The notes: generated by a model from the sequence alone, not told the origin. Shown: positions 21,519-30,982, numbered from the stretch's first letter. The stretch is DNA of 64,000 nt from an uncultured archaeon (GCA_964508365.1 CAZDTP010000007.1:43507-107506); one strand, 5' to 3'. Translations and numbers: made by a program.

Positions 21519-22028
21519 ATGAAAAATCTTCCTGCGTGTAAAACATGTGTAAGTTCCGGATTTTTATGTTCTAGTTGCCAAGAAAAACTAGATACAGGAG
21601 TTCTTACTCAATTTGAGTTAGATTTAGCTAAGGATTTGCTTGTTTTGGAGGAGGAAGAACAGTTTAATTTTTTAAAAAATATTTCTTTCTATAAAGCAAT
21701 TGATTTCGAAGATGTAGTAATTTTTGTAATCGGTAAAAAGGATAAGCTTAAAACAACTCAGGAACTTATTAACTGGTTAAAAGAAACGTACGAAGTGGAC
21801 GAATTAATATTAATTGAGCAAACTAAAAATCCTAGAGCTGCGTTAGAAAGTTTGATAGCACCGAGTAAATTAATTACTTTAAACGAGATATTTTTAGCTA
21901 CAGGAGATATTGAATTTAAAGGAGTTTTGAATAAGACGGACCAAGACATGATCTTATTTACTAAAGAAGAGCTTGAAGAATTAATTCTTGAACTCACAGG
22001 TAATACAATTCGCATTGAATTTCAATAG
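21519..22028 (+). CDS. Archaeal NusA-like Zn-finger/KH protein
   Basis: N-terminal LPACKTC..SGFLCSSCQEKL typical of the archaeal NusA-like paralog; C-terminal ELTGNTIRIEF. Confidence 0.7.
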   Translation: MKNLPACKTCVSSGFLCSSCQEKLDTGVLTQFELDLAKDLLVLEEEEQFNFLKNISFYKAIDFEDVVIFVIGKKDKLKTTQELINWLKETYEVDELILIEQTKNPRAALESLIAPSKLITLNEIFLATGDIEFKGVLNKTDQDMILFTKEELEELILELTGNTIRIEFQ

Positions 22029-22078
22029 TTTTTAGAGCATTATATCTTAATTTCTAATTTAAACAGGTTTAATAAATT

Positions 22079-22435
22079 GTGGACGAATATAAACAAGTTA
22101 TTTTAATAAGGACCGATTTGAAGATGGGTACTGGTAAGAAATGTGCGCAATCGTGTCACGCTTCAATTTCCTCATCGGATATTGTTAGGGTACAAAATAA
22201 AGATGCCTGGAAGAAATGGAAAAACGCTGGGCAGAAGAAAGTGGTACTGCGAGTTTCTAGCATTGAAGATTTAAATGAGATTGTTCAAAAATTAGAGAAA
22301 GCCAAGATCCCCTACTTTTTAGTTAAAGACGCGGGATTGACGCAGTTAACCCCTGGGACAACCACAGCGTTAGGGATTGGACCTGCAATATCAACTACCT
22401 TAGATAAAATCACTGGGGAATTGAAGCTACTTTAA
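22079..22435 (+). CDS. pth2: Peptidyl-tRNA hydrolase, Pth2 type
   Basis: [24 protein letters not shown]...GQKKVVL, DAGLTQ..PGT.T.LGIGP. Confidence 0.96.
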   Translation: MDEYKQVILIRTDLKMGTGKKCAQSCHASISSSDIVRVQNKDAWKKWKNAGQKKVVLRVSSIEDLNEIVQKLEKAKIPYFLVKDAGLTQLTPGTTTALGIGPAISTTLDKITGELKLL

Positions 22436-22459
22436 TTTATTATTTCTAGGCTGGATGAA

Positions 22460-23845
22460 TTGGATGAAGAAAATATTACTTCCATAGGATCTAAAAACCT
22501 CAGTAAGAGAGAAACAGAAAAAATTGTTGGAATCGAAGTTTTTTCTTCTTCTGGATATGAGGGTATTCAAGCTATAATTAAAAAACGTTATAAAGATTTT
22601 ATTGTCAGAGAGATAACCCCTTCAGGAAGAGTTCTCGAAATAAAAGAGGATTATGACCCAACATATTTTTCTGAAGGTAATAAAGATAACTATACCCTTT
22701 TTAATTTAATAAAAGTTAATAAGGACACATTTGAAGCAATAAGATTAATAAGCAAAGCCTTAGGTATTCCACCAAAATCGATAGGATATGCTGGATTAAA
22801 AGATAAACGATCTATAAGTGTTCAAATGGCTTCTATTCGAGGGAATTATGTTGAAAAATTGAAGAACTTGAAATTGGACGACATTTTTATTAGAAACATA
22901 TTTCCTTCAAAGAATTCTGTTAAATTGGGATATAACTGGGGGAACCAGTTTGTTATAACTTTACGGAACATCAAACACATGCCTGATCAAATGAATAAAA
23001 TAGAAAAGTTATTGACTTATCTCCGTAATCACGGTTTTCCAAACTATTATGGACTTCAGCGATTTGGTACTTTTAGACCGAATTCTCATATCATCGGGAG
23101 ATACATTTTAGAAAGCCAGTTTAAGAAGGCTTTTGAGGAGTTTGTTATAAAAGATTACTCTACAGAATTACCTCAATCTCAAAAAATAAGGGCTGAATTA
23201 GCAAAGACGGGTGATTTATATAAAGCACTCAACTCTTTTCCTACAAGTCTTGGTTATGAGAGAACTATGATCAAATATTTATTAGATAATCCAGGGGATT
23301 ATGAGGGTGCTATTTTTCATCTACCCAAATCCCTCATCAAATTACTGATTAGTTCGTTTCAATCTTTCTTATTCAATAAAATGGTGTCTTTACGTGTTTA
23401 TAAAGGGAATTCTTTACATAATCCTGTAAAGGGTGATGTCTTTAGCATACTAGACGAAGAAAATGGGAATATCACACAAATAAAACACACATACGGTGGG
23501 TTTTACGATGAGTATCTACAAGAGGCGAGAAAACTGAATCGAGCAAAAATCATAGCCCCTCTAATAGGATATAATACAGACACTGACGAATTTCCTTACA
23601 TGAAAACCTTATTTTTAGAGATAATTAAGAAAAATCGTATCTCTTTAAATCTATTTAAAAATAAGCTATTAGAAATGTATGATTTCAAGGGTTCTTTTAG
23701 GCCAATAATAGCAAAACCTGTAGGCTTAAAAATTCTCGAATATTCTAGTGATAATCTTTTCCCAAATAGATACAAAATGAAAATTGAATTTTCTCTTCAG
23801 AAAGGCTCTTATGCTACATTACTTCTACGTGAAATAGTAAAATAA
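22460..23845 (+). CDS. truD: tRNA pseudouridine(13) synthase
   Basis: DFIVRE, GYAGLKDKRS, GNQF.ITLR, FPNYYGLQRFG, F.L.KGSYAT.LLRE. Confidence 0.95.
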   Translation: MDEENITSIGSKNLSKRETEKIVGIEVFSSSGYEGIQAIIKKRYKDFIVREITPSGRVLEIKEDYDPTYFSEGNKDNYTLFNLIKVNKDTFEAIRLISKALGIPPKSIGYAGLKDKRSISVQMASIRGNYVEKLKNLKLDDIFIRNIFPSKNSVKLGYNWGNQFVITLRNIKHMPDQMNKIEKLLTYLRNHGFPNYYGLQRFGTFRPNSHIIGRYILESQFKKAFEEFVIKDYSTELPQSQKIRAELAKTGDLYKALNSFPTSLGYERTMIKYLLDNPGDYEGAIFHLPKSLIKLLISSFQSFLFNKMVSLRVYKGNSLHNPVKGDVFSILDEENGNITQIKHTYGGFYDEYLQEARKLNRAKIIAPLIGYNTDTDEFPYMKTLFLEIIKKNRISLNLFKNKLLEMYDFKGSFRPIIAKPVGLKILEYSSDNLFPNRYKMKIEFSLQKGSYATLLLREIVK

Positions 23846-23849
23846 GAAA

Positions 23850-25397
23850 TTAGGTGATAACTACCTCGTAATCTTGAATGGTTTCAATACCAAGAATATC
23901 GTTCACCTTAATAGAAATTTTGTGTTTCCCTTTCTCCTCATAGTTATATGGAACGGAGGTTAAATGCAGTTTACGATCTTTTAACGTTCGATATGAAATC
24001 CAAGCCGTAGCAAAACTATGTTCACGATGGTTAAAATCAATAGCCCAGCTATCAATCCAATCTGAAAAAGATTTTATGCTGTTTTTAATGCTATCTTTAA
24101 TAAAACTTAAATTTGGAACGATATAATCCACAAGATCAACCGTTACCTTAGAGTCTTTTTCTGAAATCTTAACAACAAATTTAATATCTTGAATTAAAGA
24201 AAAAATATCCTTCTTTTGTATATTCTCAACGAGAAAATCTTTGTATGTATTTATTTCTTGCGTATATTTATTATTTCTCATGATTTTGAAGGGCTGAGAT
24301 CGTCTTTCATATTTTTTATTCCAATCTATCAAATCATTGCTATTCCACACATCAATGATTCTCTTACGACTAATGTTTATGGCCTGTTTTCCAATGTCTG
24401 AACCAATCCACCGCCGACCAAGTTTTTCCGCAACGACTAAAGAAGTTCCAGTACCGCAGAAAAAATCAGCAATAATATCGCCTTTATTAGAAGATGCAAG
24501 TATAATTCTCTTCAAAAGCCGCTCGGGTTTTTGGGTAGAAAATGCTTGATATTCAAATGTATTTGCTCTAATATAAGGAATATCCGTCCAAACATCACGA
24601 GGAAAGATACCTTTATTTGTAACATAAACTTTTTGCGATAGTTTTTTCCCATTGTGACTTCCACCCCGATAATAGAACATACCTTTATCGTCTTCTTTTA
24701 ATGCAAACTTAACTCGATCAGAATATTCCATATAGATTCCCGGATCGTCGTTGAAAGTATATTCATTTGATTTAGTGTAAAATAATATAGAATCAAACGA
24801 TCGGATAAAAAATTTTCTTGTTTTAGCTGAAGCGGCGGGATAAGCCCAGATGATTTCGTTTCTAAAATTTTCTTTTCCAAAAATCTCGTCTAATATTACT
24901 TTAATATAATGCGAAACATGCCAATCTAAATGAACATAAATACTTCCATTTTCAGAAAGAAGATTCTTCATTAGCAATAATCTATCGTAAAGAAAATCAA
25001 TAAACTCGTCAATTCCTCCTTCCCATATATCAGAGTAAGCTTTTTTATTCTCGAATGTGTTATTCTCTCCGATAAAAATTTTTGATTCAAAATTACCCCC
25101 TGTTGCATATGGTGGATCGATATATATAAGATCAATCTTGTTTAAAAATTTAGAAATCAGCGATCCTAAGATACTTTTATTTTCGCCCCAAATTAATAAA
25201 TTTTTCCAACTGTTAGAACTTTTTCTTTGTTCATGGGTCCATGAACGTTTATCTTTTGATCTATCATTATCAAAAAAAATGCTCTTTGTTATGGGATTTT
25301 CTATTAGCTCCAAGACCTGAAAATCCAAGATATTTTGAGAATAATTTAATTTTTGAGTGTGATTTTCATCTTTTTTTTCCCAATATAGTTTCGGCAT
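23850..25397 (-). CDS. Site-specific DNA methyltransferase (type III Mod-like, N6-adenine)
   Basis: IDLIYIDPPY catalytic motif, TQKPERLLKRII, DFFCGTGT SAM motif; C-terminal WIDSWAIDF...SYRT...G...I.IKV.DILG domain as in Mod proteins. Confidence 0.9.
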   Translation of the reverse strand: MPKLYWEKKDENHTQKLNYSQNILDFQVLELIENPITKSIFFDNDRSKDKRSWTHEQRKSSNSWKNLLIWGENKSILGSLISKFLNKIDLIYIDPPYATGGNFESKIFIGENNTFENKKAYSDIWEGGIDEFIDFLYDRLLLMKNLLSENGSIYVHLDWHVSHYIKVILDEIFGKENFRNEIIWAYPAASAKTRKFFIRSFDSILFYTKSNEYTFNDDPGIYMEYSDRVKFALKEDDKGMFYYRGGSHNGKKLSQKVYVTNKGIFPRDVWTDIPYIRANTFEYQAFSTQKPERLLKRIILASSNKGDIIADFFCGTGTSLVVAEKLGRRWIGSDIGKQAINISRKRIIDVWNSNDLIDWNKKYERRSQPFKIMRNNKYTQEINTYKDFLVENIQKKDIFSLIQDIKFVVKISEKDSKVTVDLVDYIVPNLSFIKDSIKNSIKSFSDWIDSWAIDFNHREHSFATAWISYRTLKDRKLHLTSVPYNYEEKGKHKISIKVNDILGIETIQDYEVVIT

Positions 25398-25485
25398 TAT
25401 TAATCGTTAATAAGATGGCAAAAAATTTATTCTTATTTTCCTTTTCAAATATAATTTTATGTAATTAATTGTCAAACACGAAACC

Positions 25486-26808
25486 ATGTCAACTGAAGAG
25501 ATGGACGGATGGAGAAAAACTCATTATACTAAAGATGTAACTTTGGATTTAGTCGAAAAGGAAGTAATTTTAGGTGGTTGGGTTAGAAATTATCGTGATT
25601 TAGGTGGTTTGAGGTTTATAAACCTTCAAGATGTCTACGGAGAGCGTCAAATCACCTTAAAAAAAGGCATAGTGTCTGATGAGATTTTCGAAAAAGCTAA
25701 AGTAGGATATCAGTATTGCCTTATGGTAAAAGGAACAGTTAAAGCCTTTGAAAAAGCTCCTGGTGGCATCGAAATTATCCCCATCGAAATAAAGATTTTA
25801 AACAAAACTCCTGAAAAATTGCCAATCGATATGACAGGAGAAACTACTACTGAATTAGATTTAAGGCTAAATAATAGAGCGCTAGATCTTAGATCAGTAA
25901 GGAACCAAGCGATCTTTGCTATTAGAGGAGAAATTCTAAATTCTACGAGAAATTTTTTGCTTGATCACGATTTTAAAGAGATCTATACGCCTAAAATTAT
26001 TAGTTCAGCTACTGAGGGTGGAACAGAACTATTTCCAATTATGTATTTTGATAGAGAAGCCTTTCTTACTCAATCTGCCCAATTATATAAAGAGCAATTG
26101 AGCGGTGTATATGAGAGAGTATTTGAGATAGGTCCAAGTTTTAGAGCTGAGAAAAGCCATACAAAACGCCATTTATGTGAAATAGTGCAGTTGGATATGG
26201 AAATTGCATTCGCGGATATGAAGGATGTTCTAGAATTATTAGAAGAATTAGTTCAAAATGTCATTATCGGCATTCGAGATAAGCAGATGTCTGCTTTAAA
26301 ACTACTAGGAATGGAAAACAAGACTGTCGTCCCAGAAATCCCGTTTCTAAGGTATACTTATGAAGAATTACTTGATCTATTAAATAATAAACTAAACCTA
26401 AAGATTGAGTGGGGAGAAGATTTATCGACAGAAGCTAATAGAAAACTCGGACAGGAAATACCAGGTTATTACTATATAACTCACTGGCCGATGGCAATAA
26501 AACCATTTTACATTATGCCATCAAAAGATCCAAAATTTAGCGAATCATTTGATTTACAAAAAGGTTGGCTAGAATTAAGCTCTGGTGGTACAAGAGTCCA
26601 TAACAAAGTACAATTAGTAAAAGCATTAGAAAGTAAAGGACTTAATTCGCTTGCTTTTGAATCACATCTTAGAGCTTTTGATTATGGAATGCCTCCTCAC
26701 GCTGGTTTTGGCTTAGGAATCGCAAGATGGCTAACGGTTTTATGTGGATTGGATGATATTAGAGAGGCGGTTATGTACCCTAGAACTCCTGAAAGATTGA
26801 CTCCTTAA
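25486..26808 (+). CDS. aspS: Aspartyl-tRNA synthetase, archaeal type (probably non-discriminating)
   Basis: OB-fold GWVR..RDLGG, LTQSAQLYK, FRAEKSHT.RHL.E, MPPHAGFGLG; KAPGG loop. Confidence 0.95.
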   Translation: MSTEEMDGWRKTHYTKDVTLDLVEKEVILGGWVRNYRDLGGLRFINLQDVYGERQITLKKGIVSDEIFEKAKVGYQYCLMVKGTVKAFEKAPGGIEIIPIEIKILNKTPEKLPIDMTGETTTELDLRLNNRALDLRSVRNQAIFAIRGEILNSTRNFLLDHDFKEIYTPKIISSATEGGTELFPIMYFDREAFLTQSAQLYKEQLSGVYERVFEIGPSFRAEKSHTKRHLCEIVQLDMEIAFADMKDVLELLEELVQNVIIGIRDKQMSALKLLGMENKTVVPEIPFLRYTYEELLDLLNNKLNLKIEWGEDLSTEANRKLGQEIPGYYYITHWPMAIKPFYIMPSKDPKFSESFDLQKGWLELSSGGTRVHNKVQLVKALESKGLNSLAFESHLRAFDYGMPPHAGFGLGIARWLTVLCGLDDIREAVMYPRTPERLTP

Positions 26809-26858
26809 TTTAAATGAATATATTGAATATTAATAATAATAATTAATTTTACAGAATC

Positions 26859-27770
26859 ATGGACAATAAGTGTATCGAATCTTATATAAAAGCAGGTAAA
26901 GCAGTGAAGGCTGCTAAAGAATTAGCCAAAAAGCTAATTAAACCTGGAGTGACTTTTTTAGAAATTGCGAACAAATGCGAAGAAGAAATTATCAATCAAG
27001 GTTGCAAATTATCATTTCCAATAAATATGTCACTTGATAAATACGCTGCCCATTATAGCCCAATAATTGACGATCCAACAGTAGTACCTGATAGAGGATT
27101 GTTAAAAATAGATTTAGGGTCTCATTATAATGGATATATTGCAGATTCTGCAATCACTTTTAATATAAACAATGAACCTGAACTGCAAAACTATATTGAT
27201 GCTGCTAAAGAAGCACTTGATGCAGCAATTAGACTTTTTAAGCCTGGAATAAAACTATATGAAATTGGAGAAGTGATTGCCGAAAAAATACTTAACCGAG
27301 GGTTGAGACCAATAACTAATCTTGGCGGACACGAGTTAAAGCAATATAATCTGCATGCAGGTCCATTTGTCCCTAACTATAAAGATTTAAATCACAATAA
27401 AGTTATTCAGCCTGGGGAAGCCTACGCTTGTGAACCATTTGTTACTTCTGGCATTGGAATTGTCGTCAACGGTAAGAAATCTTATATTTATCGATTTGCG
27501 AAGAAAGTCAAAAAAAACCTCCCATATGAAGAATTAAACTACATGAAGAAGATAGAAAAACTTACTAACTACCTACCATTTTCGCCACGTTTAATCGAAA
27601 AACATAATATTATCCCAAAAAACAAAATACAAAAAATAATTGATATTTTTATAAGAAAAAGAATATTAGATCATTATCCTCTTTTAATAGAAAAGACTGG
27701 AGCTCCAGTTGCTCAACAGGAGCATACAATATTAATAGATCTAGATGGAAATACAATTGTCACCACCTAA
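26859..27770 (+). CDS. map: Methionine aminopeptidase type II
   Basis: AAHYSP, KIDLGSH.NGYIADSA, NLGGH..KQY.LHAG, YACEPF, AQQEHTI. Confidence 0.95.
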   Translation: MDNKCIESYIKAGKAVKAAKELAKKLIKPGVTFLEIANKCEEEIINQGCKLSFPINMSLDKYAAHYSPIIDDPTVVPDRGLLKIDLGSHYNGYIADSAITFNINNEPELQNYIDAAKEALDAAIRLFKPGIKLYEIGEVIAEKILNRGLRPITNLGGHELKQYNLHAGPFVPNYKDLNHNKVIQPGEAYACEPFVTSGIGIVVNGKKSYIYRFAKKVKKNLPYEELNYMKKIEKLTNYLPFSPRLIEKHNIIPKNKIQKIIDIFIRKRILDHYPLLIEKTGAPVAQQEHTILIDLDGNTIVTT

Positions 27771-27780
27771 TACAAAATTT

Positions 27781-28629
27781 ATGGAAAATCTCACAAGTGT
27801 TATTCTTTGTGCCGGTAAAGGGAAACGCGCTAAAGGAATTGCGGATGATATACCGAAGCCATTAATAAAAGTTATATCATTAAATAATCAATCTATTCTA
27901 GCAATTCTAATATCACATTTATATCGATTTGGTATTGAACCAATTGTAATAGTAACTGGATATTTAGGTGAGCAAATTGAGAAATACATTATTTCATCTC
28001 AAGCAAAAATCCTATACAAAAGCGAGATGATAATAATCACCAACGCTGGAAATCGATATGAGTTAGGTCCTTTGCATTCTTTTCTAAGTATTACAAGAAA
28101 TAAACGGGTTTTTAAAACTAATGAACTTTTTCTTGTTATTCCGGGAGATACTATTTTTGACTACAAACTTATGGAAAAAATTTTAAATTTGCTTAAAGAT
28201 AATTACTCTAAAGTTAATCAGAATTCCATTATTTTTTACCGAAGAACTAACAAATTAGCACTAAATAAAGAGACCGAAAAATATGGACCAATGCGTAATA
28301 AAATACTATCTTGCATAAGAACAAAGGAAGAACGCTCAAAACAATATGTTAAAGAAATATTTCAGAGAAACATAAATACATTGTCAGATGAAGAAGAATT
28401 CAATCAGATTATCCCGATTTTCATTATAACTTATGATTATGTGAAAAATTTTGAGAATCTTGCTAGCAAGATAAAATTGAATAAAATTGTTGATGCTGTA
28501 AACTTATCTATAAAAAACCAAATGGAATTTTTAACATGTAGGGTTAAATCAGAACATAATTTTTACGATGTTGATACTGCCTCCGACTTAAAACTTGTGA
28601 ACGAGCATTATAAAAAAAGTGGACAATAG
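27781..28629 (+). CDS. Nucleotidyltransferase (NTP transferase family)
   Basis: VILCAGKGKR...IPKPLI N-terminal motif and C-terminal YDVDT..DL; ATG at 27781 preferred to 27745. Confidence 0.8.
   Translation: MENLTSVILCAGKGKRAKGIADDIPKPLIKVISLNNQSILAILISHLYRFGIEPIVIVTGYLGEQIEKYIISSQAKILYKSEMIIITNAGNRYELGPLHSFLSITRNKRVFKTNELFLVIPGDTIFDYKLMEKILNLLKDNYSKVNQNSIIFYRRTNKLALNKETEKYGPMRNKILSCIRTKEERSKQYVKEIFQRNINTLSDEEEFNQIIPIFIITYDYVKNFENLASKIKLNKIVDAVNLSIKNQMEFLTCRVKSEHNFYDVDTASDLKLVNEHYKKSGQ
28612..28618 (-). terminator. Putative oligo-U terminator of the candidate ncRNA
   Basis: T7 run on the minus strand directly after the closing helix (...GTCCAC TTTTTTT). Confidence 0.4.
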
Positions 28630-29083
28630 TAGCTCCGATTATCACAGAAAACTTGTTTCAATGGATTATCTTTTTTTTTCCAATGAATGGTATCTGGATC
28701 AAAGCCCTATTGACTATAAATCTAATTTTAAACGAGGGCTTTCATGTTTTAATGTCACGTGTAGCAAATAAAAATGTTATTCATTCTACAAGAGATCAGG
28801 CAAAACAGCTTCGAATTACCATAGATTAAGAAGAACTTAATTGCTTTTCTCTACAAAATAATTGCTCCAGCGTGAGAATTATTGAAAGCGTCCAAAATTA
28901 ATAACAAATGATTATAGAGTATTTTCAGTGTGAAAAAATTAATAAAACCGATTGGAAACCAATGTATAAACATTTACTCTGGGTTAAAAAAAAATCCAGG
29001 ACACAAGAATCAATTTGCAACAACTACTCCGTTGTTTAAATTGCACTTACGTATCAAAAACCAATGATTTAAACTATTGTCCA
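28620..29083 (-). ncRNA. Candidate large structured non-coding RNA, family not identified
   Basis: 11-bp terminal inverted repeat TGGACAATAGT (28620-30) / ACTATTGTCCA (29073-83); internal hairpins (e.g. 29011-29043, 28701-28742); TATA about 24-31 nt upstream and U-tract downstream on the minus strand; no long ORF. Confidence 0.5.
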
Positions 29084-29105
29084 AATAATTAGATGGGAAA
29101 ATGAA

Positions 29106-29113
29106 TATTTAAA
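29106..29113 (-). promoter_or_regulatory. Putative archaeal TATA box for the candidate ncRNA
   Basis: TTTAAATA on the minus strand, about 24-31 nt upstream of the GGACAATAG 5' end at 29082. Confidence 0.4.
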
Positions 29114-29219
29114 TTTAACTATTAACCTAAATAATATAAACATCCTATTAATTACAGAAATATTAATTTAATCTAATATTATCTCTCAGAAATAAGGTAC
29201 AGACAAAAAAAAGTTCCGT

Positions 29220-29606
29220 ATGAAAATGTCTCTGAAAATACAAATTGATCTTTTTGGGATAGGAACAATCAGCGGTGAAATGATACGGTATTATGCACCT
29301 TTATCAGCTGATGCAATAATTAATAAGCTGCCGATGGTGCTAAGAGGAAGGTTTAGTTTCGGATCAAAAGTCTATTGGACTCTCCTGGGAGTTGAAATTT
29401 TTAAGGGAACTAATCCAAAATCTAATAAAAATGTAGAAGAAGGAGATATCATTTATAACCCTAAATCTGATGAATTAATATTTATTTTAGAAGATACAGA
29501 ATTACAAACTAAAGTAAATAAAATCGGAAAGGTTACTGAAAATCTCGAATTCTTTCTGCGAGCGAAGAATGGTTTGAATACCAAAATATCTAAGATGAAA
29601 TCATAA
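29220..29606 (+). CDS. Cyclophilin-like fold protein (TM1367-like)
   Basis: RYYAPLSADAI..KLP...GR...VY...VEEGDIIY.P..DELIF.L pattern. Confidence 0.7.
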   Translation: MKMSLKIQIDLFGIGTISGEMIRYYAPLSADAIINKLPMVLRGRFSFGSKVYWTLLGVEIFKGTNPKSNKNVEEGDIIYNPKSDELIFILEDTELQTKVNKIGKVTENLEFFLRAKNGLNTKISKMKS

Positions 29607-29630
29607 AATCAGACTTTTCAAGAGTATAAA

Positions 29631-30449
29631 ATGGCGATTTCGAACAGATTAATTGTAGTGTTTATTTTTTTTTATTTAGGAGTTATATTATATTTAATTT
29701 TATTTCTCGCCGTCCCAGATATCCAAAACGCCATAATACAATCGCGTCACGAGATTACGGGACTTACAGAGGGATCTAATTACTTAATTGCCCTTCTTAT
29801 CTCATTTTTCATCTGTCTTATAGGAAACGCGAGCGTTGGGTTTCCAATACCTTACCCTTTTATATTATTTTCGCTTTCTAATTCAATTTTCATCAGATAT
29901 TTACATCTTGGATTAACATTAGATGAAGTTCTTTTGAACGGACCTTTTTGGTTTGAAATTCTACTTATAGCAGTAATAGGAGGTATAGGGAGTGCAATTG
30001 GTGAACTTGTTGGATTCCTGATTGGGATTGGTGCAAAGAAAGTTGTTAAACGAACCCAATCTAAGACTCTTGAAAACGTACAAGGTTTTGGCAAATTGAT
30101 ATTAGATCATCCAAAAACTATGCATTTGTATATATTTATTGCTGCAGCTCTTCCTATTCCTGACGATCCACTTTGGATAGCTCTAGGAATGTCCGGAAAA
30201 AAAATAAATTTCACGCGCTGCATATTATGGGCTTGGGCAGGTAAAAATTTAACTACAATATTTTATGTTTCATTTCCAATTTTGATTTTACTAGGATTTA
30301 CGGCAACAGGAATAGAAGTAAGTGATATTTCAAGTGTCATAACAGAATCCATTATGTTATTAATCACGCTTGCTATAATGCAATTCATACTATCATTTAA
30401 TTGGGAGAAGTACTTAACAAAGAGAAGCGAAAAAAGATTACCCGAATAA
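29631..30449 (+). CDS. DedA/VTT-family membrane protein
   Basis: GIGSAIGELVGFLIG, FIAAALPIPDD.L.IALG and AWAGK motifs. Confidence 0.8.
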   Translation: MAISNRLIVVFIFFYLGVILYLILFLAVPDIQNAIIQSRHEITGLTEGSNYLIALLISFFICLIGNASVGFPIPYPFILFSLSNSIFIRYLHLGLTLDEVLLNGPFWFEILLIAVIGGIGSAIGELVGFLIGIGAKKVVKRTQSKTLENVQGFGKLILDHPKTMHLYIFIAAALPIPDDPLWIALGMSGKKINFTRCILWAWAGKNLTTIFYVSFPILILLGFTATGIEVSDISSVITESIMLLITLAIMQFILSFNWEKYLTKRSEKRLPE

Positions 30450-30472
30450 GTATAAAGAAACCTATATGAAAA

Positions 30473-30640
30473 TTACTTTTCATTATTCTTTAAGCAGTTT
30501 TTACAAACGAACACAACTTTTCGTTTGTTTTTCGAATTTTCATCGTGGTAAACTCTCTTGTAAATGTAATTATTACAAATGTTACATAAAGCTGGGGTTC
30601 GAGCCTCTTCTAATAAGGGCCCTAAATTATCAAAAGTCAT
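30473..30640 (-). CDS. Small C4 zinc-binding protein; missing from the ORF track
   Basis: Hand translation MTFDNLGPLLEEARTPALCNICNNYIYKRVYHDENSKNKRKVVFVCKNCLKNNEK (55 aa), with CxxC...CxxC; starts 9 nt after the Alba-like stop. Confidence 0.7.
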   Translation of the reverse strand: MTFDNLGPLLEEARTPALCNICNNYIYKRVYHDENSKNKRKVVFVCKNCLKNNEK

Positions 30641-30649
30641 AAATCAATT

Positions 30650-30982
30650 CTAATGGAGTGATTTTGAGAGGGTTATTTCGATTTTAGAAATTAAATCCTT
30701 TTTATTTTTGTTATTATAATTGTTGCTGTTGTTTTTTCGATAATTATTCCTTTGCCTATTTTCAAAGAAAGGACGGCTCCCTAACGAGATATTGGCTATC
30801 TCTACTCCTGGATACATACGTTTTTTTAAAATTTCAGCAACTTCAACCGCAGTTGAAATTTCTTCTCCTTCCCCTTTTATTAATAGCGATTTTGTTCCCC
30901 CTGAAAATGCAAAAATTGCATCCTTTATTGTTTTCTCCCGATCAGTTCGATTTCTTATTATAAGGGTTGTGTCATTAGGCAT
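30650..30982 (-). CDS. Alba-family nucleic-acid-binding protein
   Basis: LLIKGEGEEISTAVEVAEILKKR...VEIANISLGS...ISKIEITL matches the Alba fold. Confidence 0.8.
   Translation of the reverse strand: MPNDTTLIIRNRTDREKTIKDAIFAFSGGTKSLLIKGEGEEISTAVEVAEILKKRMYPGVEIANISLGSRPFFENRQRNNYRKNNSNNYNNKNKKDLISKIEITLSKSLH

Noticed and set aside
28851-28973. 40-codon hydrophobic ORF on the minus strand inside the element (MFIHWFPIGF...)
   Set aside because: Short, no RBS or recognisable motif; expected by chance on a T-rich strand.
28620-29083. Identification of the element as RNase P RNA, SRP RNA or 5S rRNA
   Set aside because: There is no GAGGAAAGUCC or ACAGAA..GGCUUA core and no SRP helix-8 motif. The 3' end (CUGUGAUAAUCGG) faintly resembles 5S, but the length and 5' half do not fit. 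Left unassigned.
28612-29091. MITE interpretation of the 11-bp inverted repeat
   Set aside because: No target-site duplication (flanks AAAAAAAG vs AATAATTA), no second copy or transposase in the window, and promoter/terminator signals lie outside the repeat. Not excluded genome-wide.
30590-30610. GGGGTTCGAGCC resembling a tRNA T-arm
   Set aside because: No acceptor, D or anticodon stems around it; it lies inside the small zinc-protein CDS.
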